Positions 1 to 12,456 of a stretch of 64,000 bases of DNA are shown piece by piece. Origin of the DNA: Neoechinorhynchus agilis (Eukaryota > Animalia > Acanthocephala). The stretch covers positions 13,407,480 to 13,471,479 of the forward strand of contig CM121342.1 in NCBI GenBank assembly GCA_051530055.1. Reading direction: 5' to 3'. The stretch's first letter is position 1. Each line of letters begins with the position of its first letter. The notes below the pieces were generated by a model. It made no database searches and was not told the origin of the DNA. It saw only the letters and a program-made list of their open reading frames with translations. Position numbers and translations under genes: made by a program.

Positions 1-2
1 AT

Positions 3-1546
3 TTCTTAACTGATCCAGATGAATTTATATTTGAGTTTTTTCCATTCGAACCACGCTGGCAACTTCTCCCTCAACCTTTGACCATTGAGCAATTTGAACA
101 ATTGCCGTTCGTCCGTTCCCTTTTCTTTCACTATTCGCTTGACTTCATAAATCAGAAACAGGCTGTGATAATTCCGTCGGATCGAAGAGGATCTTGTGAC
201 ATTAAGCTAAAAATACCTAGCCTACTGAAACGTGAATTAGTTCTTCATTGTCAACTAAGACGGCTAGTTCAAGGAAGACAAGAAAGTGAAGTTCTTTTTC
301 TTAAGGATGGAAATGCCCAACCGTGTAAGCTGGAGCGATTTGTTCTTCATACGACGAACGATGACATAGTTTCGTTTAATATCCACCTGCCGGCTATCGG
401 AGATTATTATCTTGAAATCTTCGCTAATCTTATCAAACAACGGAAAACTACTTTCGGACAGAGCTTCAAACTTCGATGCGTCTGCAAATACAAAGTTTGT
501 TGTAGAAGCTTGGAGCAGTCTATGCACCCCCTTCCTCCCTGTGCTCATGGCGAATGGGGACCTGAAAAAGCCGCACGGCATTACGGATGGACACCAGTTT
601 CACATCCTAGTGCGATAATAGAAACTATTTTTTCAACCGTTTATATATTATTCAAAATTCGACAAAACCTTAAATTTCATTGTAAGCTTCATGAGTGTAG
701 CGGCATAAGTGGTGGTAATGCCATTGTTTATGCGTTCTCTAACTTCTACGGAGACGATCAGGACGAATGGTTGATCGTTATTAAAGCAACCTTGCCAATG
801 TTGGGCCAATATGGACTTGATATTTACGCACGAGAAGTGGCAAGTGAAGGAAACACTGAAACTTCAAGCAGGAAAAAGTTTATGAGTCATTGTTGTAGAC
901 GAGAAGACGAAATCCTTATGTGACAAATGTGAAATTCCTATTTCTTTCAGTAGATAATCTTCTAATTAATCTCGTGGATCATTGCGACAAAGCCTTTTTT
1001 AAAATTCTAAAATCGCTACAAAAAGTTTAAGAATCAACTTAGCTGATAAAAAACCGTCCCGATAATTGAAACTTGCTTAGAGTCAAAATTTCTTATATAG
1101 ATTTCGTGTTCCATAAATATTTGATAAATTATAACGACGCTGGTCAAATGGTTCATCAACGAATGATGTGTGGCATTATCGGACCGAACGACGAACTGAT
1201 GAAAGCACTTTCAGTAAAAACGGTTTCGCATCCTCATCCGGATATTGTTTTAGATTCAGTCATAGAGGATCATATAAGCATAACGCTTGCCATTCCTCAT
1301 ACAATAGAATTTGCATTTGATCTACGATACGATGGAGATACAAGTGGACGGCGCCTTATTAATGATAGAGCATATGATCTTGTAAAAGTGAAGTCCACAA
1401 ACACTTCAATAACATTCAGGGTTCAATTGAAGACACCCGGGAGGTTTTTGTTTAGCATCTACGCTAAACCAAAGAGCCCTGATCAAAAACAAGATGATTC
1501 CCTCCAACACCTCTACACCTACGCAATCACTAGACCAACGACTTGA
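3..1546 (+). CDS. hil: Hillarin/KY-like (LIM-transglutaminase family) protein, C-terminal part; exons about 3-894 and about 1101/1115-1546; 5' end outside window
   Basis: Frame from nt 3 reads FLTDPDEFIFEFFPFEPRWQLLPQPLTIEQFEQLPFVRSLFFHY; also CKYKVCC, EWGPEKAARHYG, GQYGLDIYARE, and KYLINY..GIIGP..SHPHP in the second exon. These are hillarin/LTD-1 C-terminal motifs. Confidence 0.85.
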
Positions 1547-1699
1547 ACGGCTTATCCACTTGTGTGTAGGGTGTACTAGTTGGTGATGCTTTCGATTGTT
1601 TCCATATTAAACAAATCTATAAGTATATTATTCGATCAGAAATGCTATATAATTGTTTCCAGAATTACGTTTGTCGACAGGCTATCGGGTCCCACCGCA

Positions 1700-2060
1700 G
1701 TAGTAATTACATTATAAATAATAACACGTCTTATTGATTTGTGTGTTTAAGAAATTAGACCCATGTACCTTTGGGTCGTCCTCATAAACGCACAGATATT
1801 CTGTTTTTTTGTATGTCCGTTCGGGTGGGAATGTCCGGCATGGGGATGCCTTTTCGAGTTAGAATTTCTGGACAGGAACGTCCGTTCTGGTGGAAATATC
1901 AAGTCTTGTTATGGCCGTACTGGTGGGAATTGGCTGATATTGTTTGCAGGAGCGCTTATTAGGTTGGTCTAGCCTCAGTCTCGCAAAAAGTGACCGTAAT
2001 GCGTCGATATTCAAATCCACAGTGATCATTTCTCGATCCATTATCACATTATGAAAATGG
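1700..2060 (-). mobile_element. PLE-derived repeat family R1 (pseudo-LTR-like), copy 1
   Basis: Shares gacccatgtacctttggg, ~20-bp gtccgttcgggtgggaat subrepeats and the ggtct..cctcag block with 16740, 21190, 25920 and 47270 (opposite strand); the 47.3 kb copy follows a GIY-YIG C-terminal remnant. Confidence 0.6.
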
Positions 2061-2713
2061 AAATTTAATCGATTACAGTATATTTGGTGTTTTGATGAAT
2101 TTTGAAAATTTCTAATGAATTCGGCTACTTTATTTTATAATCACTTTACTTCTTGTCATGCGTAATAAACCTCATAGAAGTTCATGAAAATCACTGCACT
2201 TTAATGACTACAAGTACTTTATATTCAAATTCACGTTAATTACGTCTTTTACGAAGCATGTTCATTGTTTAAGAAGCGCTGTGGAAATATCATGTATGCA
2301 AGATTTTCAATACGCTATTTACAAAGATCAATATTTTCTGAGTGTGCAAGATGTTTGATAATTTTCAGACCGGTGCGAGAAATTTCGCGCTTTCACTAAC
2401 GTTTCTTAAGCATTTCGCTCGATATAATCGCACTATGAGCTCGTTATCAATGAACGATACTCATTGAAGTTGCTTTAGGAATTAAAAAAGCGGTTGTTGC
2501 TTAAGTTGTGCTGCGTCGATAATGTACACTTGCAAATATATATTTGAAGATTACTCACGAAAATATCTCAATGGCTGACCTATAAATCTTAGAAATGATT
2601 TAGCCGAGCGTTGCATCTACGTAGCGTATTTGAACACGAAACGTTCATATAGAGTACAATATAAATACTCGTTGGTCTCTTAACTTTACCAATATAATAA
2701 ACATAAACAAAAT

Positions 2714-3274
2714 CACACTTTCGGTGAGAATAATCCCGGTCATTACATATTTTATCTATTCGAGATATTTCGCGAGGTATCCTCGCCTCGTCAGTCATCT
2801 AAAAATAGGTTTTCCATATTACAATTTTTGCTCGAGTGCGCGGGATCGCCAAACCCGAAGTTCAGGGACCAATTATCCGCCGAAGAATGCTCAAATCGAA
2901 TGCCATCAAAAGACTTTTAAGCATCGCGTTGATTTTAATGGCACCTACTTCCTGGAAAAGGAACAAATCTTAAAAAGACGCCTGGTTTTAGAGGCTTTAA
3001 ACATCGCTGCGTCAAACACAATGGAGGGAAATAAAGCTAATTTTAGCTTGAAACTTCCAGCCAGCGACGTGATAAAAATCAAAATAAAAAATCAATGGAA
3101 AAACAAAAAAAACGAAACAGTCCCTGAACTTCGGGTTTGGCGATCCCGCGCACTCGAGCAAAAATCGTAATATGGAAAACCTATTTTTAGATGACTGAAG
3201 AGCCGAGGATACCTCGCGAAATATTTCGAATAAATAAAATATGTAATGACCGGGATTATTCTCACCGAAAGTGT
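2714..3274 (+). mobile_element. Penelope-like element 3' fragment with inverted terminal repeat (arms about 2714-2868 and 3120-3274)
   Basis: Arms are near-perfect reverse complements. The spacer encodes HQKTFKHRVDFNGTYFLEKEQILKRRLVLEALNI, typical of the PLE GIY-YIG C-terminus. The arm carries a CTGAAGA-stem-GAAA core. Confidence 0.75.
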
Positions 3275-3340
3275 AATTTTATTATCCCGAAGGACTTTCT
3301 ATCGATGGATGAACAAAATCATACAGAGAAAATCCTGGAT

Positions 3341-3523
3341 GATAAAGTTAGAATAGTGGTGAAGATACTCCCCCGGATAACAGGTATATTATTGCTAAGA
3401 AATATACCGGGAGAGGAAGCCTCGCCTTATCAGTCATTGATTAAACATAGTTGGAAAAATTACAAGCAATGACTGATGAGGATAGGCTTCCTCTCTCGAA
3501 ATATTTCTTAGCAATAAAATACC
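3341..3523. repeat. Fold-back palindrome of the same family (F1) as the 2714-3274 arms
   Basis: 3381-3440 and 3467-3523 are inverted copies; alignable to 2714-2800 and 32724-32874. Confidence 0.75.
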
Positions 3524-4765
3524 TATCTGATCAAAATTAACCTAGTCCCGCAGATATTACTTTTTTCATCTGTTTTTAGAATTGAACGATATTTTAAGAG
3601 CCATCGTAGGTAGTGGGTGAAATTCTAATATCGCAGGCGATTGTTAATGACCATCACGAATTCTAAGATTTTAAAATATGATTATACGTCACACAAAAAT
3701 TTGAAATTGATAGGTCGACATTAATGAATAAATCAATCAACTGAAGCCGTTTTCGATAGCAGAGATTTATAGCCTCGCGTTTTTGCATTCAATGTCCATA
3801 AGATCATTTGAATTTGTGTCCCCTTTAGCTTAGCAGTTTTGACATTTAATGTTGTAATATGAAGCTAACATTTTAGATGAAGGTCGCATTGCTTCCAAAG
3901 TTTGTATTGATTCTCGGACAGAGTCGGTGCTTGCCAGTTGTCTCATACGTAAAGGCCGTGACCCAATTTAAAATTTACTATCATGATCTCAAACATTAAA
4001 TTACAGTAGCGATGTTGCTCAACAGTAGTAAGAAAATCACATTACAATCAAACTTGTGAAAGGTTTCATGCGTAGCGATAATGTACTCGCAGATACTCAG
4101 AAAAGTACAATTATTTTTTAGTAGATTAGCATAACGAGAAACCTCTTGTCAGCGTGAACATTTATTTTAAATTTCCAAACAATATAATTCCATGTAAAAA
4201 TGTTTCATAAATCGGCAAAGTCGAGTTTAGATTACAGGAACATTTAAATGAGTTCAAAACCTACGGTAAAACAATTTAACCAGTCAAATCATATAGTTTG
4301 GAATGCTGGCAACTCCAGATCACCGTCTTGCTCTCATAGCGAAAATTATATTGTTACAAATCAGAGAAATGCGAAATTAGTCGGTAGTCAAGTCACATGG
4401 GAGCAAATTTATAGACCTTTATGCAAAGATTACCCGTTACATCCGCATAGATATAAATGCCAAAAAATCAGATGAAGCATTTACTACTTAATAAATCGTA
4501 TGCAACGTTCTATGTAACGAGATATTGGTCAAGGCTTCGACAGCAACAAATCAATGAAACATTTTAAAAATATCAATGTGTCGCCTTTTATCACACGGCT
4601 GATAATTTTTGGGCACACAGCCCATAAAAATGTTGACTTTGCTCTTAAATATTTTAATGAATTAAGGAAAAAGTGTCTTTCTAAATCGTTTGAATGCGGA
4701 AAAATGTGTGATCCAGTAAGACGGATGAACGTTGAGAAAAGTAATTATTTTCTAGACAATGAAAG

Positions 4766-5406
4766 TTATCTATAGTCCAAATAAGTTTCTAATTTTTTCC
4801 TTCTAAAAATAAGAATACTTTTAGGTGGATAAAGTGTTAAGAAGACAAACCGTTCGATTATATTCATTTGCACCCGCATCCATTTGTTCCATGTAGCACT
4901 AAGGTGTTTCTTAGTAACATTTCCAAACTCCTCGCTTATGGGAAACCGTTCCATTGTATCCATTAGTAATTTGTAATGGCTTCGGAACTCTGAGTTTCAG
5001 TCAACTAAGGATAAAAAATCTCACATACTGACATACCTTTTGAGTAAACATCTTTGAAAAGCGAAGTAAAATTTTGTAAAACGTCGTACTTGTCAGCATC
5101 CTCCAAGCGAGTAAAACCTCCATTTTTTGTCTCACTAAGGGCTTTATAGCTGTTAGGAGGTAAAAGTATAATAGCACGATCATTTTCTCTTATTAATGCA
5201 TATTTTCCGAAATCAAATAGTTTTCTTAGATTCTCAAACGATGTAGGATCGTCAAATGTATTCAGAATTTTTTGAATCGTAAAATCTGGCAACTCTTCAA
5301 ACAACAGCTTTCTTTTTTGAATTGGTGGGCAGAAATCCATTGCTCTTGCTAATTCGAGGACAAAGACGAACAGCGATAAAATTTCCGGAAATAGAAATTT
5401 AACCAT
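4766..5406 (-). CDS. Unknown, probably secreted protein (at least 2 exons)
   Basis: MVKFLFPEILSLFVFVLELARA signal-like start; a 47-nt GT-AG intron near 4988-5034 joins the two ORFs in frame (..SK-EFRSHYKLLMDTME..). Confidence 0.55.
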
Positions 5407-6085
5407 AATTGATTTTTTCCACACCACCGTCTGTCGAAATAAACACTCGGTCTCAATTTCTAAAGCCGTAAACACAAATTTTGATCTATGTAGAATTCAG
5501 CATTAGTATTTTTAAATCTACATTGTCAATCATAAGTTTACGTCATTTGTTCAATATGGAAACTACTTAGGTGGGGGATGAAGATGGTTACTTTGGGCCG
5601 TCATAGTGACTCAGTGAGCTCCTCACAGCAACTCCGTGGAATTCTTTTCTTATGCTTAATAGGCTAACGTTCTTTTTGGAAAGATAGGAGTTATTTTATC
5701 TTATGCCTCGCCAACCGGTAACATGTTTTCTAAGTGCTAAAGTGAACTTCTTTTACATGGATGATAATTTTCCTCCGGAGGGATGCACAAACTCATAATC
5801 GAACGGTTAATGGTCGAAGTTATTCAATCACTTCCCTGAACCAAATAGGTGGGATGGGTTCTAAAGGAAAATAATAAGCCGTGTAAATCATGCTTATTTC
5901 AACACTTAGAAAAAGATGGGAATCTTTAAAACTGTGGCTTTTTAAATTCTTAAGAAAGATATGCAGATAGCTTCTTCTAAAGTCCATTTTTTCAAATAAA
6001 CTACGATGAATATTTTAGTTTGTAGTTTTTAATGCTTATTAGTAGCAGTATTTTAAACTGCTAAACAACTCCTTTTTCGTCACCC

Positions 6086-6107
6086 ATAATAATAATAATA
6101 ATAATAA
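6086..6107. repeat. Short (AAT)n microsatellite
   Basis: About 7 perfect AAT units. Confidence 0.9.
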
Positions 6108-6432
6108 CAAGGGTATTGAAGCATAATCATTGAACGCATTGATGACTTATCGAGATTAACTTGTATTCTCATATACTCCACGTCTGTTAATATTCACGAA
6201 TTGGAACACCTAAGGCTATACCTAGCACAGAAAAAATTGCACAAAATTGCCAACATTTCAATACTTTAACAACCAATGCATGCACATCTCCTTGATGAGA
6301 ATTTTGCGAATCCGTGAAAATGCGTTGATGGGAAATATAGTAGAGCATTGCGTTTGGTAAAGTGAATCGCGGTTATTTGCGTGAATCTTCGGTGTTTATT
6401 GTATGAAGTAATTTCTGAGTCAATGTATTTAT

Positions 6433-8069
6433 TTAACGGGCGGAAGATGTCATGGGCAAAAGTGGATGCAGTACCTTTCCATTTCCAGAGATTGATCTAT
6501 TCATAAGCAGCGGAATAGAAATATTGGGATATTGTAAACTGAACATTTCTGGCTTTTTGAACATGATGTCAGGATTCTTATACACCGCTTCCGCTTTCTT
6601 GTCAAATCCATGATGGTAGTGATGGTTATGGCGATGGTACAGACCACCTGAAGTTGGAACTTGTTTATTGATATTAATTGATTTGTTTTGCATATTTAAA
6701 GGAATTTGTTCCCGAACATAGTCATGAGAACGCGGTTGAACTATCGGGCAGCACCGCACACATATTATAGAGACATTATCCGCAGGGACATTGATGTGAG
6801 CCCAGCGGTCGATTGCATTATGCAGCAGCGCGGCTGCTGCATTGTCCTATCTACCGCAATGAAACATACTGTAAAGTAGTATTTTAATAACTCACGTGAC
6901 GGCAATTACATTGTTGCATTGTACCAATCACTTCTTGTGGGTTCATTACGTCCCAAAGTCCGTCGGTTGCGATCACTATACATTTCAGTGCGTATGGATT
7001 TATATCGAAGATTCGAATATCGGGAACAGGGCTCACTATATACGCGCCATTTTCTTTATTGTAACTCCACAGGTCTCCTAGTTGATGAATTCAGTATTAT
7101 CGGGGAAACGTTTTCTTACCTAATGCTCTTGAAAGAGCTAGTAACGGATTTTCTGGCTTTCGCTTGTTTAAATTAGATCGAGGTTGAAATGAGACCTTTT
7201 TCGTGGATCCAACTTGAAACAATTGACCGCCGTGTTGAAGAATCCTTGAAAGTTCCTTAGCATCCGTAAGGCGGTGATTCTTAAATAAATCAATGCACAC
7301 TAAAACGTTTTTAAAGATACAAACCGTAGTAATGCGCATCGCGAGCCACTGGTCTTCTTTGCTGGAATAAGCTAAGTCGTCGTCTAGTCCTAAAACTGCC
7401 GACGAATCTCCCACATTTGCTATTGAGTTTATAGAATCGTTTGTGTTAGAGAAATAAGAGGACCTTGTGCTGAACTAACCTACAAACATTTTGCTTTTAA
7501 TAATAACGACAACAGTGGCGGTTGTGCCGGCAGTCGTAACCACTTTCTCCATATTCTCCTTCCACATATCTATGACCAATCGAATTCAATAGATAAAGCA
7601 TTTAAGAACTAACTGCGGTTATTCCACAGATCCCTTTGGCATTCAGCGAAAGCTTTCACAATTGCCTCAGCAATATTACTTTCATCACCACTAAAGAACC
7701 CAGGCTCAGCCTCAATTTTCCTTACTAGATTCTGGTTCGCATATTCTGCAGCAGCAGTACCGCCGTGGCCATCAAATACAGCCAGATAAGTATACTGAAT
7801 GTCTCTGTTCAGAAAGGAGTTGTGCACAGTTCTTGATGTTATACAGTGATAATCTTCCATGTGATTGCGCTTTCCTGTGAAGATAAGTTTTTCAAACTGA
7901 CAGAAATATCGTTTTTACCCTGGCTAAGGGAAGTGCTGACATTGAGTTCATAAGGTACGTCATTAGCGGACACTCGAGGGTATATCTTATATTGTTCACT
8001 CACAACGGACTGGCTTTTGGCCACTAGAGGTTTCGCTGCCATGTCTGAAGTCGTAGAATTTTGTTCCAT
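6433..8069 (-). CDS. PPM1D: PP2C-family phosphatase PPM1D/Wip1, 7 exons with short GT-AG introns
   Basis: Spliced motifs SQGKRNHMED, AVFDGHGG, TTAGTTA, ANVGDS, ALSRALGDLWSY..YIVSPVPD, IATDGLWD, RW....ADN; the DLWSY insert is Wip1-specific. Confidence 0.88.
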
Positions 8070-8626
8070 CGTTACGTCTTTATCTTTTGAATAATAGTTT
8101 GAGTAAAGAGAAAAGCAAAACGATGCGGCATAGCTACCAAGGTGTGGCGTACTGCACCACTCACTTTAAACAGAAAACAGTGAGTGTATCGCATATTCCA
8201 GAAATTCCGGAATTTCTTTTGTTTGTCAAGTCCTCTAGTAAGACCACCAATTCCGTTCCCGCTTTCACAATTATAAACCTTAACTGCGTAATTTGTTCTG
8301 AGATCATCTGAACATGCGCTCCACGGATAAGAAATGCTCCGCGTCGCTGTTTTCACTCATCTGAGTCAACATAGTCTTTTGAACCAATATTATCTCGCAA
8401 AAAACATAAAGGATTTTTTTAATGGTGGATTTCAAAGTTCCCAAAGTCGATTAAAAAATAAGAATAAAAGTCGAAAATTGGACTTTTAGCGAGGCGATTT
8501 ACCTCTTAGCGAATTTGGACCGCTTTGATGGGGTTTTATCCGAACCCGTGTTTGGCGAAATGTAGAACAAAGCGCAGAAGAAAATATTTTCTTTTCTACT
8601 TTTGCTCCATCTCATCGGTGGTATCG

Positions 8627-10309
8627 ATGCTTTTCCACTTTTTGCTTCGGCTGACTTTTGTATGCGTTCAAATTGAGTCTCAAATCGACTACAGATCTCT
8701 AATTGTCGCGTGCCCTCGTCCGTGGCAGTTCTCAGCCGACTTCATTTGCTTTTTACCAGTGAAACGATCGGCAACTTTTGCGGACGCATGGAAATCGTGT
8801 TCCGAGCAAGGTGGAAACCTATTCGAGTTCGAGGAGGATGAACCATTGTCTTTGCTCATGGAAATCATAGAAACCAGTATTATCTACATGAAAATCCGGA
8901 CTATTCGATCCACCCCAATCGATTTTTGGATTCATTTCAGTAACGTGGAGATGGTGGACAGTGAGGGAAAACATCGATGTTCAGCCGTTTCTTCAAAATC
9001 TTATAAAGGATTCAATTTAAGTTTTGTACCATGTGAATCAGAAATTCCTTTTATCTGTCGAAGACGTTTGCCACTTGTGAAAGATTGTCCTCAGCCTCCA
9101 TGGACATTCAGCATGGGCATCTGCTATATGTTTCTAACGGATGAATTGGTGCCACTTAGCGATCATGCTCTGACCGCATGTGCCCGATCCCGGCAACGTG
9201 AACAGATCGAAAAGCTTCAATCTAAAGAGCTGGTATTTGAACACGAGGTCCTAAATGCTGCTTTTGGGTACCGACACACTTATAAACCACAATTTCGCTA
9301 TTCCGGTCAAACTCCTTTAATTTCATTTGGACTACCTCATCATCACCACACCGATATCATCCTTAATAATACTTGCTCACAACTGAGCCACGAGAGTCGG
9401 TATCTTCCTGTACGCGTGAGACCTCTTAATGTATCAGCAAACTCGAGATTTTCGGATTAGTTTTCTTTTATTCGTCTAATGAATACTTGCCCTCCCACTT
9501 TGTGACTCGAGTTTGCACTTGTATTAGGCTGTGAACTACCTGGATGGGTCGCACATGCTGGCTCTTGCTATACCGTCAGCGTTGAACCATTGGTTTACAA
9601 TGCAGCTAAGGAATTCTGCGGCAATAATACCTTCTTCCACTCCATCCCATTGTTACAATTAAACCAACTCATATCTGAGCAAATATTCAAGCTTAGAACG
9701 TTGATAAACCGACTTTCTTCAACCGCGACTTATTCTGGTTTGCAGTCAAATCAAATATGGCTACTTGGTCTCGTCCAGTACCATTTTTCATCGCGACATG
9801 CATGGACAATCCAAATCCCTGCTCTGATCAACAACATGTCAGCTGTCACTAAGTGGATGAATGCTCGTACAAGAATGAACAATTATGGAGAAAGATTGTT
9901 CAGAGGTCACCAACAGTGTGCGATTTTGAACGTGGACGCTTTCACATCACGACCTATCGAGTCTGCAAACTGCTTCGATAAATTTCATGCAATCTGTGAA
10001 TTGTCAGTAAACGCCTATGTTAATGAGGGCATTGATCCTCAAGATGTTGAAATCGCCCCGATTTCCCCACTGGTGAATTTGTACGATGAAACGGATACTT
10101 ATCGTGATTTCAACTACGAAGCATCCACACAAAATGTGACTGGCCCTCACGTTAACGAAGAAAAACTTATTGAACGTTATACTCCTTCTGAAGTTTCCCA
10201 TTACGTTGTCGATGACGATCTTGGACCAAATCTGACAGTAAGCACGATATATCCGATTGGAACACGCTCTGTTCATATCTGCATTGGTCTGTCCACCCAT
10301 CATGATTAG
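8627..10309 (+). CDS. Multi C-type-lectin-domain protein (about 3 CTLDs); gene may continue to about 12.2 kb
   Basis: Hydrophobic N-terminus; CPRPWQ..ICF..FADAWKSCSEQGGNL, FWI, C..K.PFIC; CPQPPWTFSMGICY; after a tag acceptor at about 9526 CELPGWVAHAGSCY..YNAAKEFC..C...FHAICE. Confidence 0.75.
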
Positions 10310-11014
10310 GTTCTCTTTCACTAAAATGTAAAATTTTATTTCCAGAACGCATATATTCGCAGATAAATTAGAATAATTCCTTCAAATTAAAATACTACTA
10401 GATTAACGCTGAGACCTAAAAACGAGGTGGGCGTATTCTCCACTTATATTCATTCAATAAGAGATCTAGCTTTTAGCTTGGTCGTAAGTCTGTTTTATGT
10501 TTAGGGCAACATTCATTCATAATCCTCATATATCGTGAAATGTCAATGAACTTTCTGTATCGCGATTTTGCTTTTCACATGAATCAGAATATGATTGTCT
10601 TGAATATGTTGACAAATATTTCGATATGAATTGTTTCCTTCACTTAATCGTTATTCGATGAATTACCTTTTAAGTAACATATCTTTCAAGAGAATCACTC
10701 ATTTCTTAGTGGTGTGCCGAACTTCGAAGCGTGTTACATGTCGATGGATTCTAGATCTTCTAAAATGCGATTTCAGCCAGAGGAACTAACTCCAGGATCA
10801 AGTCATATCGTCCATCTTCCCTGGAAAGTGTATGGAGAATCTAAGAAGATGTCTCTAAATTCAATTGTGACTCGTATCTGTTTGTATCTTAAATTCGAGA
10901 CACATTTGACTAACGTGTGTTAATAAAGGGCAGTCCATTTTATTAAGCAAAGTTGGCTGGCAAACTCTTGCTAACACATCCACATACGAAGCGATTGCTG
11001 ATAAGGAACGATCC

Positions 11015-12198
11015 ATGTGTGGGATGCTCTTCGGTGGAAAGTGTCTTGTTCCCTGGAAACCAGTAGGTCAGTATTCTGACAACGGCCAACAAGATCGCCA
11101 CAGGTTCTACTCTGGTCTATGTGGTTCATCGGATGTTCAAATGTTATGTGACAAGTGTACAGTCTACGCCTATGGTGAAAAGATATCTCAATCAATACGA
11201 CAAACATATCGATCATTGTCTTCTATGTGTTCAATGAGTGCGGGCAACGAGCTAGATTCACCCTGGGCAGAATGCATAGGAGAGATAGTTCATAGTGGGT
11301 TTTCTGAGATGCTACATCGACCATGGACTCCGTTTGTTCCTCTTTTATCCAAGTATGGGAGACGAGGAGACGATCCCCAAGACGCCCTATCGAAACAAGG
11401 TCGATTAAGGAATCTCCTTTTACGATCGATCAACCAAAACGTAAACGACAATGAGCTGGGTTTCGCTGCTACATGAAATAGTCGATTTCTGGCCAAACAT
11501 CGAAAACCAGCTCGTATCATACAATGGGATTCACGGTCATTACGAAAGCACTCTGTAGTGCTATTAAAATATCCGAGTCCGTTATCCTCATGTCTCTAGA
11601 ATGCGCAGCCAAATCTCTGGCAATGAAAATCCTTCCATTTTCTTCAATGAACCGATTGTCGTCCTCCATGACCTACACTTACCTTTTCCCCTCGGAAACT
11701 GACGAACAGCATCCGCTAGAAGTACATTCAGTTGAACACAGCGACAAGATTAGCCTTATAACAGTAGGATCGAATAAAAGTTCTAACGTAATGCTTCATA
11801 AAGATTCAATCCCTCTCTATTTGTCCTCTATTCCTGATTATTCCAGACTTAGTCCATGTAAACTCATTGCAACCGACGCTTATGATGAGTCTGTGCGAAT
11901 CGTGCCTGTTAAATTTACAGCTAAATTATTTGGAAAAAATCAAACTACAATATCGTTTATCACAAAGGTCAGCCAGGTGCCGGACGTGAAATACTGTCAA
12001 TTTTGTCCAATTATTTGTTATATTCAAAGCAAAATGTGGATTGTGGCTCTTTTTGGTCATCAAGTTACTCGGTCAATAAAAGGCCGCCAGCTAATTGATA
12101 ATCCCTTCAACATGTCTTCGTTTCGCGCTTTACCGATTACTGATCAACTTAAATGGATCAAAACTACAAAAACATTACTAGAGCTGTGCGACACATGA
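11015..12198 (+). CDS. Further exons of unknown product, possibly the same gene as the lectin domains
   Basis: Two long same-strand ORFs (153 and 224 aa), the first cysteine-rich; no family recognised. Confidence 0.45.
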
Positions 12199-12456
12199 CT
12201 TCACTCAAAATCGAAATAATATATGAACCGAAGACTTTTCAGCAACCTTTTTAAATTCACAATGCAGCTTTCAATAAACTCTTACATTGAGATTCTTCAA
12301 TTTATCATTGTCTTATGATAGAATCTAATTATATTAATTTACTTTAAATATTCAATTTATTTGTGTTTCGTCTGCAGGCTAGCCTATGGAAAACAAGCCC
12401 GAAAAAATTGAATAAGAAATTTATTTGCCTTGCAGATAATTAACTGAAAAATCCGA

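Noticed and set aside
7861-7920. Apparent frameshift in PPM1D exon 1
   Set aside because: Resolved by a 44-nt GT-AG intron (7875-7918) giving SQGKRNHMED.
11990-12200. GPS motif of an adhesion GPCR or polycystin
   Set aside because: Only YCQF and an out-of-frame HMTS; the required Trp/Cys pattern could not be assembled.
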